From an uncultured Thermococci archaeon (GTDB lineage Archaea > Methanobacteriota_B > Thermococci > Thermococcales > Thermococcaceae), in contig CAZAPD010000114.1 of the NCBI GenBank assembly GCA_964487115.1, forward strand, positions 1 through 26,950: a stretch of 26,950 bases of DNA, given 5' to 3'. Below are positions 1-8,375 of the stretch, piece by piece (position 1 is the stretch's first letter; each line of letters begins with the position of its first letter). A program made the position numbers and the translations under genes. Below the pieces are notes generated by a model, which had not been told where the DNA came from, did not search any database, and saw only the letters and a program-made list of their open reading frames with translations.

Positions 1-17
1 AAGAAAAGGAACCGAGA

Positions 18-1919
18 TCAGATCCCTACACCAATGTCCTCAGCAATGTCTGGCAGGTCTAAAGCGATGAGTTTAACCTTTGTTGGAATTCCATCTCTGC
101 TCCAGCCTCTGGCCTGGTAGTATTCATCGAGCATTCTGTCGAGCTCCCATGGTGGCACATGCAGGCCTTTGCTGAGTCCCTCTGGGATTGGCTCCCACAT
201 GACCCTGTACGGGAGCGTATCGTCCTTTCTGCTGAAGCCTTCTCTGACGTTGAATGCTCTGGCAATATTGTATATTCTCTCGCCTATAACCATAAGCTCT
301 GCTTCGCTCATCTTCATGCCTGTAACAGCTTCAACCAGCTCAGGGAAGCCTTCAAGGAAGTACATGTGCCTCGAGAACTTACAGACACCTGTAGCATCAT
401 AAATTGCCATGAGGTTCTCATGGAAGGCAATCTCGAATCCCTTGTTCTCACCCTTGGTCCTATCAATGTTGCTGAACTTCCACCATTTTCCAACAAGTTC
501 TGTTCCATAGGCTCCAGCTGTAAGATGATCAGCGCCCCTAACGCTGACGGCAAAGGCCAATGCCATACCTTTGATACCTCTGACATCATAAGCCGGTGGC
601 TCAAGGCCTTTAACATGCATGGCAAACTTCCAGCTGTCCTTACCGAGCCTTTCGCTGGCTTTCTTAACACCATCAGCAAGGAGCTTTCCAAGATTGCCCT
701 CTCTTAGTGCCATCTTCCTGAGAGTTTGAACAGCGGCATCTCCATTTCCAAAGGTAAGTTCTAATCCATCGGTGTCCTCCTTTGTGAGCAATCCTCTCTC
801 ATACGCCTCCATTGCCCAGGCTATTGTAACACCGGCGGAGATTGTATCAAGGCCATATTCATCAGCGATCTTGTTGAGATATGCGACTGTCTCAAAGTCT
901 TCTATCTCAAGCACACCACCGAAGGAATAGAGGGTCTCATACTCCGGACCATCGACCATGAAGGTTCCCCACTTCTTGCTTTCGACCTTAACATACTGGG
1001 AGCATGGTTTGTTACACATTGGGCAGGGTCTCCTTCCAACTCTGTACTTTGGAGCCCAGAAATATGGATCAATACCAATGTGCTCTCTGCCCTCCTCCTT
1101 GGCCTTTTCGTAGGCCTTCTTAAAGAAGCCCATCTGCCAGTTTCTTGTTGGGAATGTTCCTCTTTCCCTGTTCATCCAGTCGAGGAACTCACCGCTTCCA
1201 TAGTCCATATCGGCTTTCGTAGCAGGGTGATCCTTAAAGACCATCGCCCATTTCTTGATGAGCTCACGAAGCTTCTTATCATCTGCTATGGGTAGCTTCT
1301 TGCTTCCTTTGATGAGAATTCCCTTGAGTTTCTTACTTCCCAAGACTGCTCCTGGACCACCTCTTGCTGCCTGCCTCTCGTCTGTCTCAATGATTGAAAT
1401 AAGGCTTAGTTTTTCACCTGCAGGTCCTATAAAGGCTGTTGCATAGCCTTTGTACTTCTCAAGGGCTTTCTTTCTGGCCTCACCTGTCGTCAGGCCCCAG
1501 TATTCATCTGCAGGTTCAAATGTCACTTCGTCATCGTTGATAACAAGAATAACGGGCTCTTCACTCTGGCCTTCAATGATGAGCATATCATAACCGGCTC
1601 TTCTCAGCTGAACACCAAGCTCGGCCCCCGCCATAGCCCTGCCGTAGCCTCCTGTAAGCGGGCTCTTGAAGTTAAATGCTGTCTTTGAACCAGTCCCAAT
1701 CCCAGTATCAACAAAAAGGCCCGGGGTGATAATCATCTTGTTCTCTGGACCAAGAGGGTTAGCCTTAGCCGGAACTTCGTCATAAAGTACTCTTGTTCCA
1801 AAACCAACTCCTCCAAGGTACCTCCTTGGAAATTCCTCTGGAAGAGGCTCAATTTTGACTTCTTTTGTTGTTAAATTTACCCTCAGAATCTTACCCCAAT
1901 AACCACCCTTAGTATCCAT
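18..1919 (-). CDS. Tungsten-containing aldehyde:ferredoxin oxidoreductase (AOR/WOR family)
   Basis: 633 aa. N-terminal GYWGKILRVNLT, AARGGPGAVLGSKKLK, [4Fe-4S] motif CPMCNKPC plus distal Cys (GVCKF), GPEYET, DEYGLD and C-terminal MLDEYYQARGW. RBS GAGGTGA upstream. Subfamily not assignable by eye. Confidence 0.93.
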   Translation of the reverse strand: MDTKGGYWGKILRVNLTTKEVKIEPLPEEFPRRYLGGVGFGTRVLYDEVPAKANPLGPENKMIITPGLFVDTGIGTGSKTAFNFKSPLTGGYGRAMAGAELGVQLRRAGYDMLIIEGQSEEPVILVINDDEVTFEPADEYWGLTTGEARKKALEKYKGYATAFIGPAGEKLSLISIIETDERQAARGGPGAVLGSKKLKGILIKGSKKLPIADDKKLRELIKKWAMVFKDHPATKADMDYGSGEFLDWMNRERGTFPTRNWQMGFFKKAYEKAKEEGREHIGIDPYFWAPKYRVGRRPCPMCNKPCSQYVKVESKKWGTFMVDGPEYETLYSFGGVLEIEDFETVAYLNKIADEYGLDTISAGVTIAWAMEAYERGLLTKEDTDGLELTFGNGDAAVQTLRKMALREGNLGKLLADGVKKASERLGKDSWKFAMHVKGLEPPAYDVRGIKGMALAFAVSVRGADHLTAGAYGTELVGKWWKFSNIDRTKGENKGFEIAFHENLMAIYDATGVCKFSRHMYFLEGFPELVEAVTGMKMSEAELMVIGERIYNIARAFNVREGFSRKDDTLPYRVMWEPIPEGLSKGLHVPPWELDRMLDEYYQARGWSRDGIPTKVKLIALDLPDIAEDIGVGI

Positions 1920-1931
1920 ATCAAGATCACC

Positions 1932-1961
1932 TCGAAAGATTTTCGATTGGAAAGATATAAG
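1932..1961 (-). promoter_or_regulatory. AOR promoter: TATA box plus downstream inverted repeat TCGAAA-N3-TTTCGA
   Basis: Minus strand reads CTTATATC (1961-1954). A perfect 6-3-6 palindrome at 1932-1946 lies between the TATA box and the RBS. Confidence 0.5.
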
Positions 1962-2071
1962 GCCTTCGCAAAAAAAAGCGTTTTACCCAATAAATTGGAT
2001 TAAGCTAAGTCATTAACATATCAGAGGAAAGTTTATTTGGGAACTCACACATTTTCGTTGGGGGCGGTCTT

Positions 2072-2242
2072 ATGAAAAAGAAGTTGATGGTATGTAGGAA
2101 CTGTCTATGGTTTGGAGTTATTGACTCATACTTTCCAACACAGGGCATCTGCAGAAAGCATATGATGACAACTCACATGAATTCAATATGCGAAGATTGG
2201 GCCCCTCTCTGGGATGATGGGAATGGAGATAGCAGAAATTAG
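2072..2242 (+). CDS. Small Cys-rich protein, 56 aa (CxxC-x15-C-x12-C), putative Fe-S/Zn binding; absent from ORF track
   Basis: Translated by hand: MKKKLMVCRNCLWFGVIDSYFPTQGICRKHMMTTHMNSICEDWAPLWDDGNGDSRN*. RBS GGGGCGGT just upstream, BRE/TATA-like GAAAGTTTATTT at about 2027-2038, and overlaps the start of the next gene. Confidence 0.75.
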   Translation: MKKKLMVCRNCLWFGVIDSYFPTQGICRKHMMTTHMNSICEDWAPLWDDGNGDSRN

Positions 2243-3041
2243 AGGGCTGAACCTTAAAATTCCAGAGAATGCATGGTTCAGTTTTTTCAATACGCCTTAT
2301 GCTGGTCACAGACTGGGGACTGCAGTTGATGTTTATTTTCCAGACAAAGCCCTCTTTCCTTTTGAAGAAGGCAGAGTAATAGAGATAAGAAAGATTAGGA
2401 CTCCTCGATATGTTCCGGTTAGGGAGGATTATCTAATCATCATTGAGGTGGATAATCTCTGTCTCAAAGTGCTTCATGTGATGCCTTCAGTAAAAATAGG
2501 AGAAAAACTCAGTCTCCATGATGAGATTGGTCCCATGATTGTTTCTGGATTCTTCAGGCCATGGAGCGATAAACATGCGCACTTTGAGCTGAGAGACTGC
2601 AGGGATAGGTATAGGGCGAGAGGAGGTTTTTTAATGTATCCCAAAATCCTCAAGCTTGTACCAGCTGTGAGGGGAAATGAATTTGAAGTTGTGGAGAAAA
2701 ACTCCTGCTATCTCTGGCTGGAAGCTGTAAAGACAGGAAGGAAAAATCTGACACCCCTTGAATTCAATGGGATTCCGGTTGAGGGTGGTCTGCCTCACTA
2801 TCATTATGGGGCGGTTTTTAGTCATGCTAAAGAGATTGAGGTTTTTGGTCTGAGCCTGCCAGCTGAAAAGGAGCTTCCAAACGGAATAAGTTTGTTTAAA
2901 TCACACTTTCGGGTTCTGGCCAACGAACAGGAGGTTAAAGGAATTGGAATCTACTGCAATCAGAAGAGGATAAAACTGATCGGGGGAAATTTTGAGGAAG
3001 GAGATGTCGTTGAGATCAAATTAGGGAGACTCATTTCTTAA
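2223..3041 (+). CDS. Hypothetical protein with M23/LytM metallopeptidase-like motifs
   Basis: Contains GHRLGTAVD (H..D), a central LHV and HAHFELR (resembles the M23 HxHFE motif). Start taken at ATG 2223; the ORF opens at 2214. Confidence 0.6.
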   Translation: MEIAEIRGLNLKIPENAWFSFFNTPYAGHRLGTAVDVYFPDKALFPFEEGRVIEIRKIRTPRYVPVREDYLIIIEVDNLCLKVLHVMPSVKIGEKLSLHDEIGPMIVSGFFRPWSDKHAHFELRDCRDRYRARGGFLMYPKILKLVPAVRGNEFEVVEKNSCYLWLEAVKTGRKNLTPLEFNGIPVEGGLPHYHYGAVFSHAKEIEVFGLSLPAEKELPNGISLFKSHFRVLANEQEVKGIGIYCNQKRIKLIGGNFEEGDVVEIKLGRLIS

Positions 3042-3876
3042 ACACCCTGATATCGACCACAACATGCCACACGCCGGGAGCATAGCGTTTTATTATCAGT
3101 TCTCTAAGCTTCTCTGCTTCGTAGCCCTCTTCTCTTGCTATCTTTCGGAATGTCTCGAAAGGTTCCCTTGGCATCAGCTTCTCTGGGACAGTGTTGTGGT
3201 AATGGATTATCGCCTCTTCCTTAGCTATGCTTAATGCTTTCGGTATGAACTCGGCCGTTCTGATTACATAACCCATCAGAACTCTATCCGCTATATTTTC
3301 GCCTGGAAATTCACGATTGTCGATGTTGTATGCCGTCATCCTATCCTGCACCCTATTGAGTTCGATGTTCTCAACGAGAAATTTGAAAGCATAGGGGTTC
3401 TTTTCAATCGCAATCACTCTGGCTCTGCAGTGCTTTGCTACTGGAAGGGAGAGATGCCCAATTCCAGCAAACATATCAACAACCAGCTCGTTCGACTTTG
3501 CTATGCCCGCCATCCTGATTCTCTCTTTAACATTGGCAGGGGAAAACATTATCCTCGATACATCAAGTTTGTAGAGAATACCATTCTCCTTGTGGATCGT
3601 CACGGGATCATGTCCGTAAATTATCTCGTAGTGTGGCTCTCTGAACTCCCCGAGAATCCAGCCTTTTCTCAGGACAGTTTTAACTTCAAGAATTTGGGCA
3701 TAAACCTCAGCGATATCATGTTTATAGGGCAGGAGCTCCTCCCTCAGAGGAAGTATCAGAACATCACCAATTTGAACCCAGTGCTTGGGGAGTAATTCAA
3801 CTAATCCCAAGGGAATTTTTTTACTCAGAATTTCCTTTATTCGGGGTTTTATCATTCTCGTGCTTTTTTTGGACAT
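3031..3876 (-). CDS. taw2: tRNA(Phe) wyosine-derivative aminocarboxypropyltransferase Taw2 (Trm5/TYW2 family)
   Basis: Class I SAM motif VVDMFAGIGHLS, IMFSPAN, IHYH and KRYAPGVWHVVVD. Closely resembles the Pyrococcus TYW2/Taw2 sequence as I recall it. Confidence 0.88.
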   Translation of the reverse strand: MSKKSTRMIKPRIKEILSKKIPLGLVELLPKHWVQIGDVLILPLREELLPYKHDIAEVYAQILEVKTVLRKGWILGEFREPHYEIIYGHDPVTIHKENGILYKLDVSRIMFSPANVKERIRMAGIAKSNELVVDMFAGIGHLSLPVAKHCRARVIAIEKNPYAFKFLVENIELNRVQDRMTAYNIDNREFPGENIADRVLMGYVIRTAEFIPKALSIAKEEAIIHYHNTVPEKLMPREPFETFRKIAREEGYEAEKLRELIIKRYAPGVWHVVVDIRVFKK

Positions 3877-4027
3877 CAAAGGAAAATTTGAGGAGGATTT
3901 AAAAATCCTTCTGCTCCCATAGAGAAATTGTTAGCTTTTATCATTTCGGCAAAAAGCGATTGAAAAAGCTTAAAAACCCCAAAGATAGAATATAGTTTGA
4001 GAACTTGACCGGAGGTAGAGTTGAACT

Positions 4028-4369
4028 ATGGATGATGAAGGCTCGAGTAGTTGGTTGGGCAAACTGTTTAAATCAAAAAGAGAGGCTATTCTTGAGCAGG
4101 AAATTACGGAGGATGCATATGAAGATTTTAGGAGCCTTTTGATGCGGGCAAAGCCAGAGATAGATGGGGATATGCTACGTATCAAACTCCCCAACGGTGA
4201 GGTGGAGCTTAGAAAGGGAAAGCTCACTGTTAGGGCAAAAAATAAAAAAGATGCCGAAAAAATCTTGAGAAATCTACATCACTACGCAATGCCTCCCGGA
4301 CTGTGGCCTGCATATGGTCTGAGCTACTCAATAAGAAGAAGCTCCATTCTCAGGAAGAGTAAAGCCTGA
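4028..4369 (+). CDS. Hypothetical protein, 113 aa
   Basis: Strong RBS GGAGGT at 4011-4016, charged composition typical of the genome, followed by a hairpin and pyrimidine tract. Confidence 0.75.
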   Translation: MDDEGSSSWLGKLFKSKREAILEQEITEDAYEDFRSLLMRAKPEIDGDMLRIKLPNGEVELRKGKLTVRAKNKKDAEKILRNLHHYAMPPGLWPAYGLSYSIRRSSILRKSKA

Positions 4370-4410
4370 ATTCAAAATTTCGGGTTTCTCCTTTCTCCAT
4401 GATTCTTCCC

Positions 4411-4424
4411 CAAAAGTTTTAAGG
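4411..4424 (+). promoter_or_regulatory. BRE-TATA promoter for the sRNA/cas4-like unit
   Basis: CAAAAG-TTTTAAGG. The predicted transcription start at about 4447 matches the 5' end of the C/D RNA terminal stem. Confidence 0.6.
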
Positions 4425-4447
4425 CCACCTGCTTACTCCGTATAGGT

Positions 4448-4505
4448 AGCGGATGACGACCCTTGCCCAGTCTGAGTAATGATGACGTCGGTATTAGCTG
4501 ACGCT
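4448..4505 (+). ncRNA. Box C/D 2'-O-methylation guide sRNA (double guide, probably 16S rRNA helix 18 region)
   Basis: C box ATGACGA 4453-4459, 12-nt guide CCCTTGCCCAGT, D' CTGA 4472-4475, C' ATGATGA 4479-4485, 12-nt guide CGTCGGTATTAG, D CTGA 4498-4501, terminal stem AGCG/CGCT. The guides are complementary to the conserved archaeal 16S segments GCUGGGCAAGG and UAAUACCGGCG. Confidence 0.92.
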
Positions 4506-4506
4506 T

Positions 4507-4539
4507 GGGCGGGGAGGCTCGCGGACCGATGAACCGCCC
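4507..4539 (+). promoter_or_regulatory. Kink-turn hairpin (Kt-7-like) in the 5' UTR of the cas4-like gene
   Basis: GGGCGG/CCGCCC stem enclosing GGA-GG...CC-GAT-GAA. The strands GGGGA and nnnGAACC match canonical Kt-7. Ends 5 nt before the RBS GGGGTG. Confidence 0.7.
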
Positions 4540-4556
4540 TCATTGGGGTGAATGAA

Positions 4557-5177
4557 ATGTCAGGTGAGTTGCTTGAATTTTATGCCAGTGAAGCATTGAC
4601 ATGTCCTCGAAGGATATACTTCAGGCTTAAGGGCTACCCCGAAAGATGGCCAGAATTCATTAAAGTTAGATTGAATCAAGGCATTAAGACGCACGAGGTT
4701 CTTGGGGATATACTGAGAAAACGCTTCGGCTTTGAGCTTGAAAAAAAGATGATTCTACGCTCTCAAAACCTCGGATTTGAGATACACGGTAGAATTGACG
4801 CAATCAGAGACTTCCCAATTGAGATAAAGGGGAAAACAAGTCTTCCTCGACTGCCTCATGACTACCACCTCGCCCAGCTTACGATATATCTCAGATGGGC
4901 CGAGGCGGAGTACGGTTATCTATACTACGTTAAGCTTCATGATGAGCCCGCAAAGGTTATAAATGGCATTGATTTCTCCAGATTTCCGATAGTGAGGGGC
5001 AGGAACTTTAAGGCCTTTGAGATTCCCTATGACAGAGGCATTTTTAAAGATATTATAAAGCAGTTCTATACAATAAAAAAGCACTATGAGAAAGATAAAC
5101 CTCCTAAGGGCTGGAACAACTTCATGTGCAAATTTTGTCCGTATTATTACCTCTGTTATGGGGAAAACGGGGTATGA
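4557..5177 (+). CDS. Stand-alone Cas4-like PD-(D/E)xK exonuclease with Fe-S cluster
   Basis: N-terminal ASEALTCPRR, G..H (GIKTHE), GRID...EIK, QLTIY (QxxxY) and C-terminal CKFCPYYYLC. RBS GGGGTG at 4545-4550 favours ATG 4557. No CRISPR or other cas genes in the window. Confidence 0.85.
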   Translation: MSGELLEFYASEALTCPRRIYFRLKGYPERWPEFIKVRLNQGIKTHEVLGDILRKRFGFELEKKMILRSQNLGFEIHGRIDAIRDFPIEIKGKTSLPRLPHDYHLAQLTIYLRWAEAEYGYLYYVKLHDEPAKVINGIDFSRFPIVRGRNFKAFEIPYDRGIFKDIIKQFYTIKKHYEKDKPPKGWNNFMCKFCPYYYLCYGENGV

Positions 5178-5212
5178 GGAAAGTCAGGGATTAAGGTTTA
5201 AGTAAATTTCTC

Positions 5213-6085
5213 TCAAACCGTCTTCCACTTCAAACCGTTGTCCACTGAAGCCTCAATTTTTCCCTCATTATACAGCTTCGCTATGAATGCCCTCAGGGGG
5301 ACGAGGTTTAACGCCAGAATCTGAGGAGTTGGGGATACATCAAAATATCCTGACAATCTATATGCGAGCTCATTAATGCTCCTGGGTTTTCTTAAAAGCT
5401 CTAAAATTCTTCTTTCCACCTCTTCAACCCGTTCAAAGTTGAAATCAAGGAGTTCCATCGCTTCTCTTCCTTTCACAACCTTTCCATGAGAGGGTATTAG
5501 TAGCAGTCCTTCATCTGCATAATGATGTAATTGTTTAATTGAATCTTTAAATAATTCTGGCTCAACCAGATAGGGGATACCAACTGTCTTGAGAACCCTT
5601 TCACCGAAGAAGCTGTCTCCTGCATAGAGAACTGCATTTTCTTCATCAAGGAAACCTGTCATTCCGGGAGAATGGCCGTTCAGCTTTAGGGTACTGAGAC
5701 CAAATACAACATCATTCCACTCGAATATTCCGTGAACCTTAACTTCCTCCTCAAACTGCGACACCAAAAAACCCCTCGGAGCCTTTGAGCCGAAAGTCAG
5801 GATTTCTCTATTGAGGGGGCTTTCAATAATGCTGAACTCAAAGCGGTGGGCAAAGAGTGGAGCTCCCATCTTAGGGGCGACCTTAACATGATCTGCATGG
5901 CCATGGGTTGTCAGCTGGGCATGGATTTCCAGATTGAGCTTTCTCATCTCTCTCCTGAGATCCTTATGCCTCCCGCTCCCCTGACCGGGATCAACTATAA
6001 CTGCTTTTCCATTGTAAATCTTGATCATGGTGGAAGGACTGCCCGGGTACAGATATAAGCCATCTCCAATCTTTCGTAATGCCAA
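5213..6085 (-). CDS. MBL-fold metallo-hydrolase
   Basis: THGHADH (HxHxDH), GHSPG, AGDS and PSHG motifs. RBS GGGTGA suggests a TTG start at 6085; the ORF opens at 6094. Confidence 0.88.
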   Translation of the reverse strand: MALRKIGDGLYLYPGSPSTMIKIYNGKAVIVDPGQGSGRHKDLRREMRKLNLEIHAQLTTHGHADHVKVAPKMGAPLFAHRFEFSIIESPLNREILTFGSKAPRGFLVSQFEEEVKVHGIFEWNDVVFGLSTLKLNGHSPGMTGFLDEENAVLYAGDSFFGERVLKTVGIPYLVEPELFKDSIKQLHHYADEGLLLIPSHGKVVKGREAMELLDFNFERVEEVERRILELLRKPRSINELAYRLSGYFDVSPTPQILALNLVPLRAFIAKLYNEGKIEASVDNGLKWKTV

Positions 6086-6171
6086 GAAAATCACCCGGAA
6101 GTTATTTCGGGAGGAGCATTAAAAATCTATCGAAAGGTTAATCTTGGGAAAGGATAACTTTACATCGGGGG

Positions 6172-7482
6172 ATGAAGGTGAAAATGGTTCTGATTGATGG
6201 AGAACATTATCCCGATGTAACGGCGTGGGCTGTGAAGAAGCTGGATAATGTATGCTGTGCGGTCTTCCTTGGAGGAAGTGAAAAGATTGGAGATTTAAGC
6301 GAGATTGAAAAAAAGATTGGTGTTAAACTCTATTACGGTCATAGTTATATTGATGCAATTGCTCAGGCTATAGCAGAGAACGAAATCCATGAGGTTGTTG
6401 ACCTGAGTGATGAGCCGATTCTTACCTATGAGGACCGGTTCAGGATTGCTTCCTTTTTACTCGCCAATGGGATAGCATATATCGGGGCTGATTTCGAATT
6501 CAGGCCCAAAACTCTCCTGAGAATAAACAAACCCAGTTTAGCTGTTATAGGCACGGGTAAGAGGGTTGGGAAGACTGCCATCAGCGGATTTGTGGCAAGA
6601 ACACTGAAAGAAATTGCAAAGCCTGCCATTCTCACAATGGGTAGAGGAGGGCCGGAAAAACCCGAAATTATCACGGGAGACAGGCTCGAAATAACTCCCG
6701 AGTTCCTGCTTAGCGTTGCGGGAGAAGGGAAGCATGCCGCGTCAGATCATTTTGAGGATGCTTTGACATCGAGGGTATTGACAATTGGCTGCCGACGCTG
6801 TGGTGGGGGAATGGCAGGCTTTTCATTCTTTGATGTTGTGGAGGAGGGAATAAAGATTGCAGAAAAACTTGAGAATGACCTTATTATTCTTGAGGGAAGC
6901 GGAGCAACACTTCCAGCAGTTAAGGCGGATGGCTATGTAACGGTTGTTGGAGCAACTCAGAAAATAGGCTTTGTGGGGGGTTATTTCGGACCATTCAGGA
7001 TCAAACTTGCCAATTTAATTGTGGTCACCATGGCGGATCTAATAAGCAGAAGAAAATTGGAATCCATTAAACGGGTGATTTCAAAAATAAATCCTGAAGC
7101 AGAGGTTCATCTTACGAAATTTATACCCCGCCCTTTGGGTAATGTTGAAGGAAAGAGGGTTCTCCTTATAATGACTGCAAACAGGAAAGGACTGCAAAAG
7201 ACAGCTTCATATCTGGAGGAGCACTACGATGTGGAGGTTGTGGCGTTTTCCGGCCATCTCTCAAACAGAAAAAAGCTTATTGAGGACATGAGGAGGTTCA
7301 GGGGTTATGATACCGTACTGGTTGAGCTCAAGGCTGCAGCCGTTGATGTGGTTACCAGAAAAGCACTGGAAGACGGCAAGAATGTTGTTTTTATGGACAA
7401 TGAGCCTGTAAATCTTGATGATAAAAATCTAAGGGAAAGCATCCTGAGACTTGGAAATCGCATACTGGAGGGGCAGGGATGA
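6172..7482 (+). CDS. cpgS: Cyclic 2,3-diphosphoglycerate synthetase
   Basis: LIDGEHYP, DLSDEP, GTGKRVGKTA, MGRGGP, HAASDHFEDA, GCRRCGGG, EGSGA and ELKAAAVD motifs. Overlaps the next gene (ATGA). Confidence 0.9.
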   Translation: MKVKMVLIDGEHYPDVTAWAVKKLDNVCCAVFLGGSEKIGDLSEIEKKIGVKLYYGHSYIDAIAQAIAENEIHEVVDLSDEPILTYEDRFRIASFLLANGIAYIGADFEFRPKTLLRINKPSLAVIGTGKRVGKTAISGFVARTLKEIAKPAILTMGRGGPEKPEIITGDRLEITPEFLLSVAGEGKHAASDHFEDALTSRVLTIGCRRCGGGMAGFSFFDVVEEGIKIAEKLENDLIILEGSGATLPAVKADGYVTVVGATQKIGFVGGYFGPFRIKLANLIVVTMADLISRRKLESIKRVISKINPEAEVHLTKFIPRPLGNVEGKRVLLIMTANRKGLQKTASYLEEHYDVEVVAFSGHLSNRKKLIEDMRRFRGYDTVLVELKAAAVDVVTRKALEDGKNVVFMDNEPVNLDDKNLRESILRLGNRILEGQG

Positions 7483-8372
7483 TAATTGTTGTAGATCCTG
7501 AAAAGAAAACAAAGCTTCCGTTTTCACGGGGGATACTGACGAGATCAATAACTTCGGCTGGCGTAGATGTAGGGATAGCATACTCAATAGCCACCGAGGT
7601 CATCAAAACGTTTTCAGAGAGGGGAAAGAAAATAGTAACGAAGGATGAAATTAGGGAGATAACATATCACAAACTACTGGATAGAGGCTTGAAGGATGAA
7701 GCAAGAAAGTATCTCTTCTGGCGCAAAATAAAGAAGGTAAAGTTTCCGATGATTCTTCTTATAGGAGGTACAACAGGTGTTGGCAAATCAACAATATCAA
7801 CCGAGCTGGCATTCAGACTCGGTATAAGAACAACGATAGGAACAGATACAATCAGAGAAGTCATGAGGAAAATAATAGCGAGAGAACTCCTTCCAGCCCT
7901 GCACACATCATCATTCATGGCTCGTAATGTCATGAGCAAGATTCCGAAGGGAGTTTCACCTCTGATCTATGGCTTTGAAACACAGGTCAGGCATGTGGCT
8001 GTTGGGATAAATGCAGTTATTGAAAGAGCATACACAGAAGGATTTAACACTGTGATTGAGGGTATCCATCTTGTTCCCGGCTATATAGGGTTGAATGACA
8101 GAAGCTTTATGTATGTTGTTGCGGTAAAAAGCAGGAAGTCTCTTGAAGCAAGATTTTACGAGAGGGAGAGATACAGCCTGAGACCTGCGGATTATTACAT
8201 AAGAAACCTCGATGCCATAATGGAAATACAGGACTTTATACTGGAACATGCTAAGGAGCATAACATACCTGTTGTGGAGAACGTGGAGCTTGAGGATACA
8301 ATTGACAAGATTATGGGTGATTTGATGGAACGTGTTGCCGAGAGAATGAAGGAGAGGGGAATAGAGATTTAA
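7479..8372 (+). CDS. pgk2: 2-phosphoglycerate kinase (N-terminal ATP-cone domain)
   Basis: PFSRGILTRSIT ATP-cone, P-loop GGTTGVGKST, TDTIREVMR and IEGIHLVPG. Translationally coupled to cpgS. Confidence 0.9.
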   Translation: MIIVVDPEKKTKLPFSRGILTRSITSAGVDVGIAYSIATEVIKTFSERGKKIVTKDEIREITYHKLLDRGLKDEARKYLFWRKIKKVKFPMILLIGGTTGVGKSTISTELAFRLGIRTTIGTDTIREVMRKIIARELLPALHTSSFMARNVMSKIPKGVSPLIYGFETQVRHVAVGINAVIERAYTEGFNTVIEGIHLVPGYIGLNDRSFMYVVAVKSRKSLEARFYERERYSLRPADYYIRNLDAIMEIQDFILEHAKEHNIPVVENVELEDTIDKIMGDLMERVAERMKERGIEI

Positions 8373-8375
8373 AAC

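Noticed and set aside
3891..3912. Inverted repeat AGGATTT-AA-AAATCCT upstream of taw2
   Set aside because: It is centred on an inherently symmetric TATA-like sequence and occurs once, which is insufficient to call an operator.
4557..5177. CRISPR-Cas locus implied by the cas4-like gene
   Set aside because: No repeat-spacer array or other cas gene is visible in the window.
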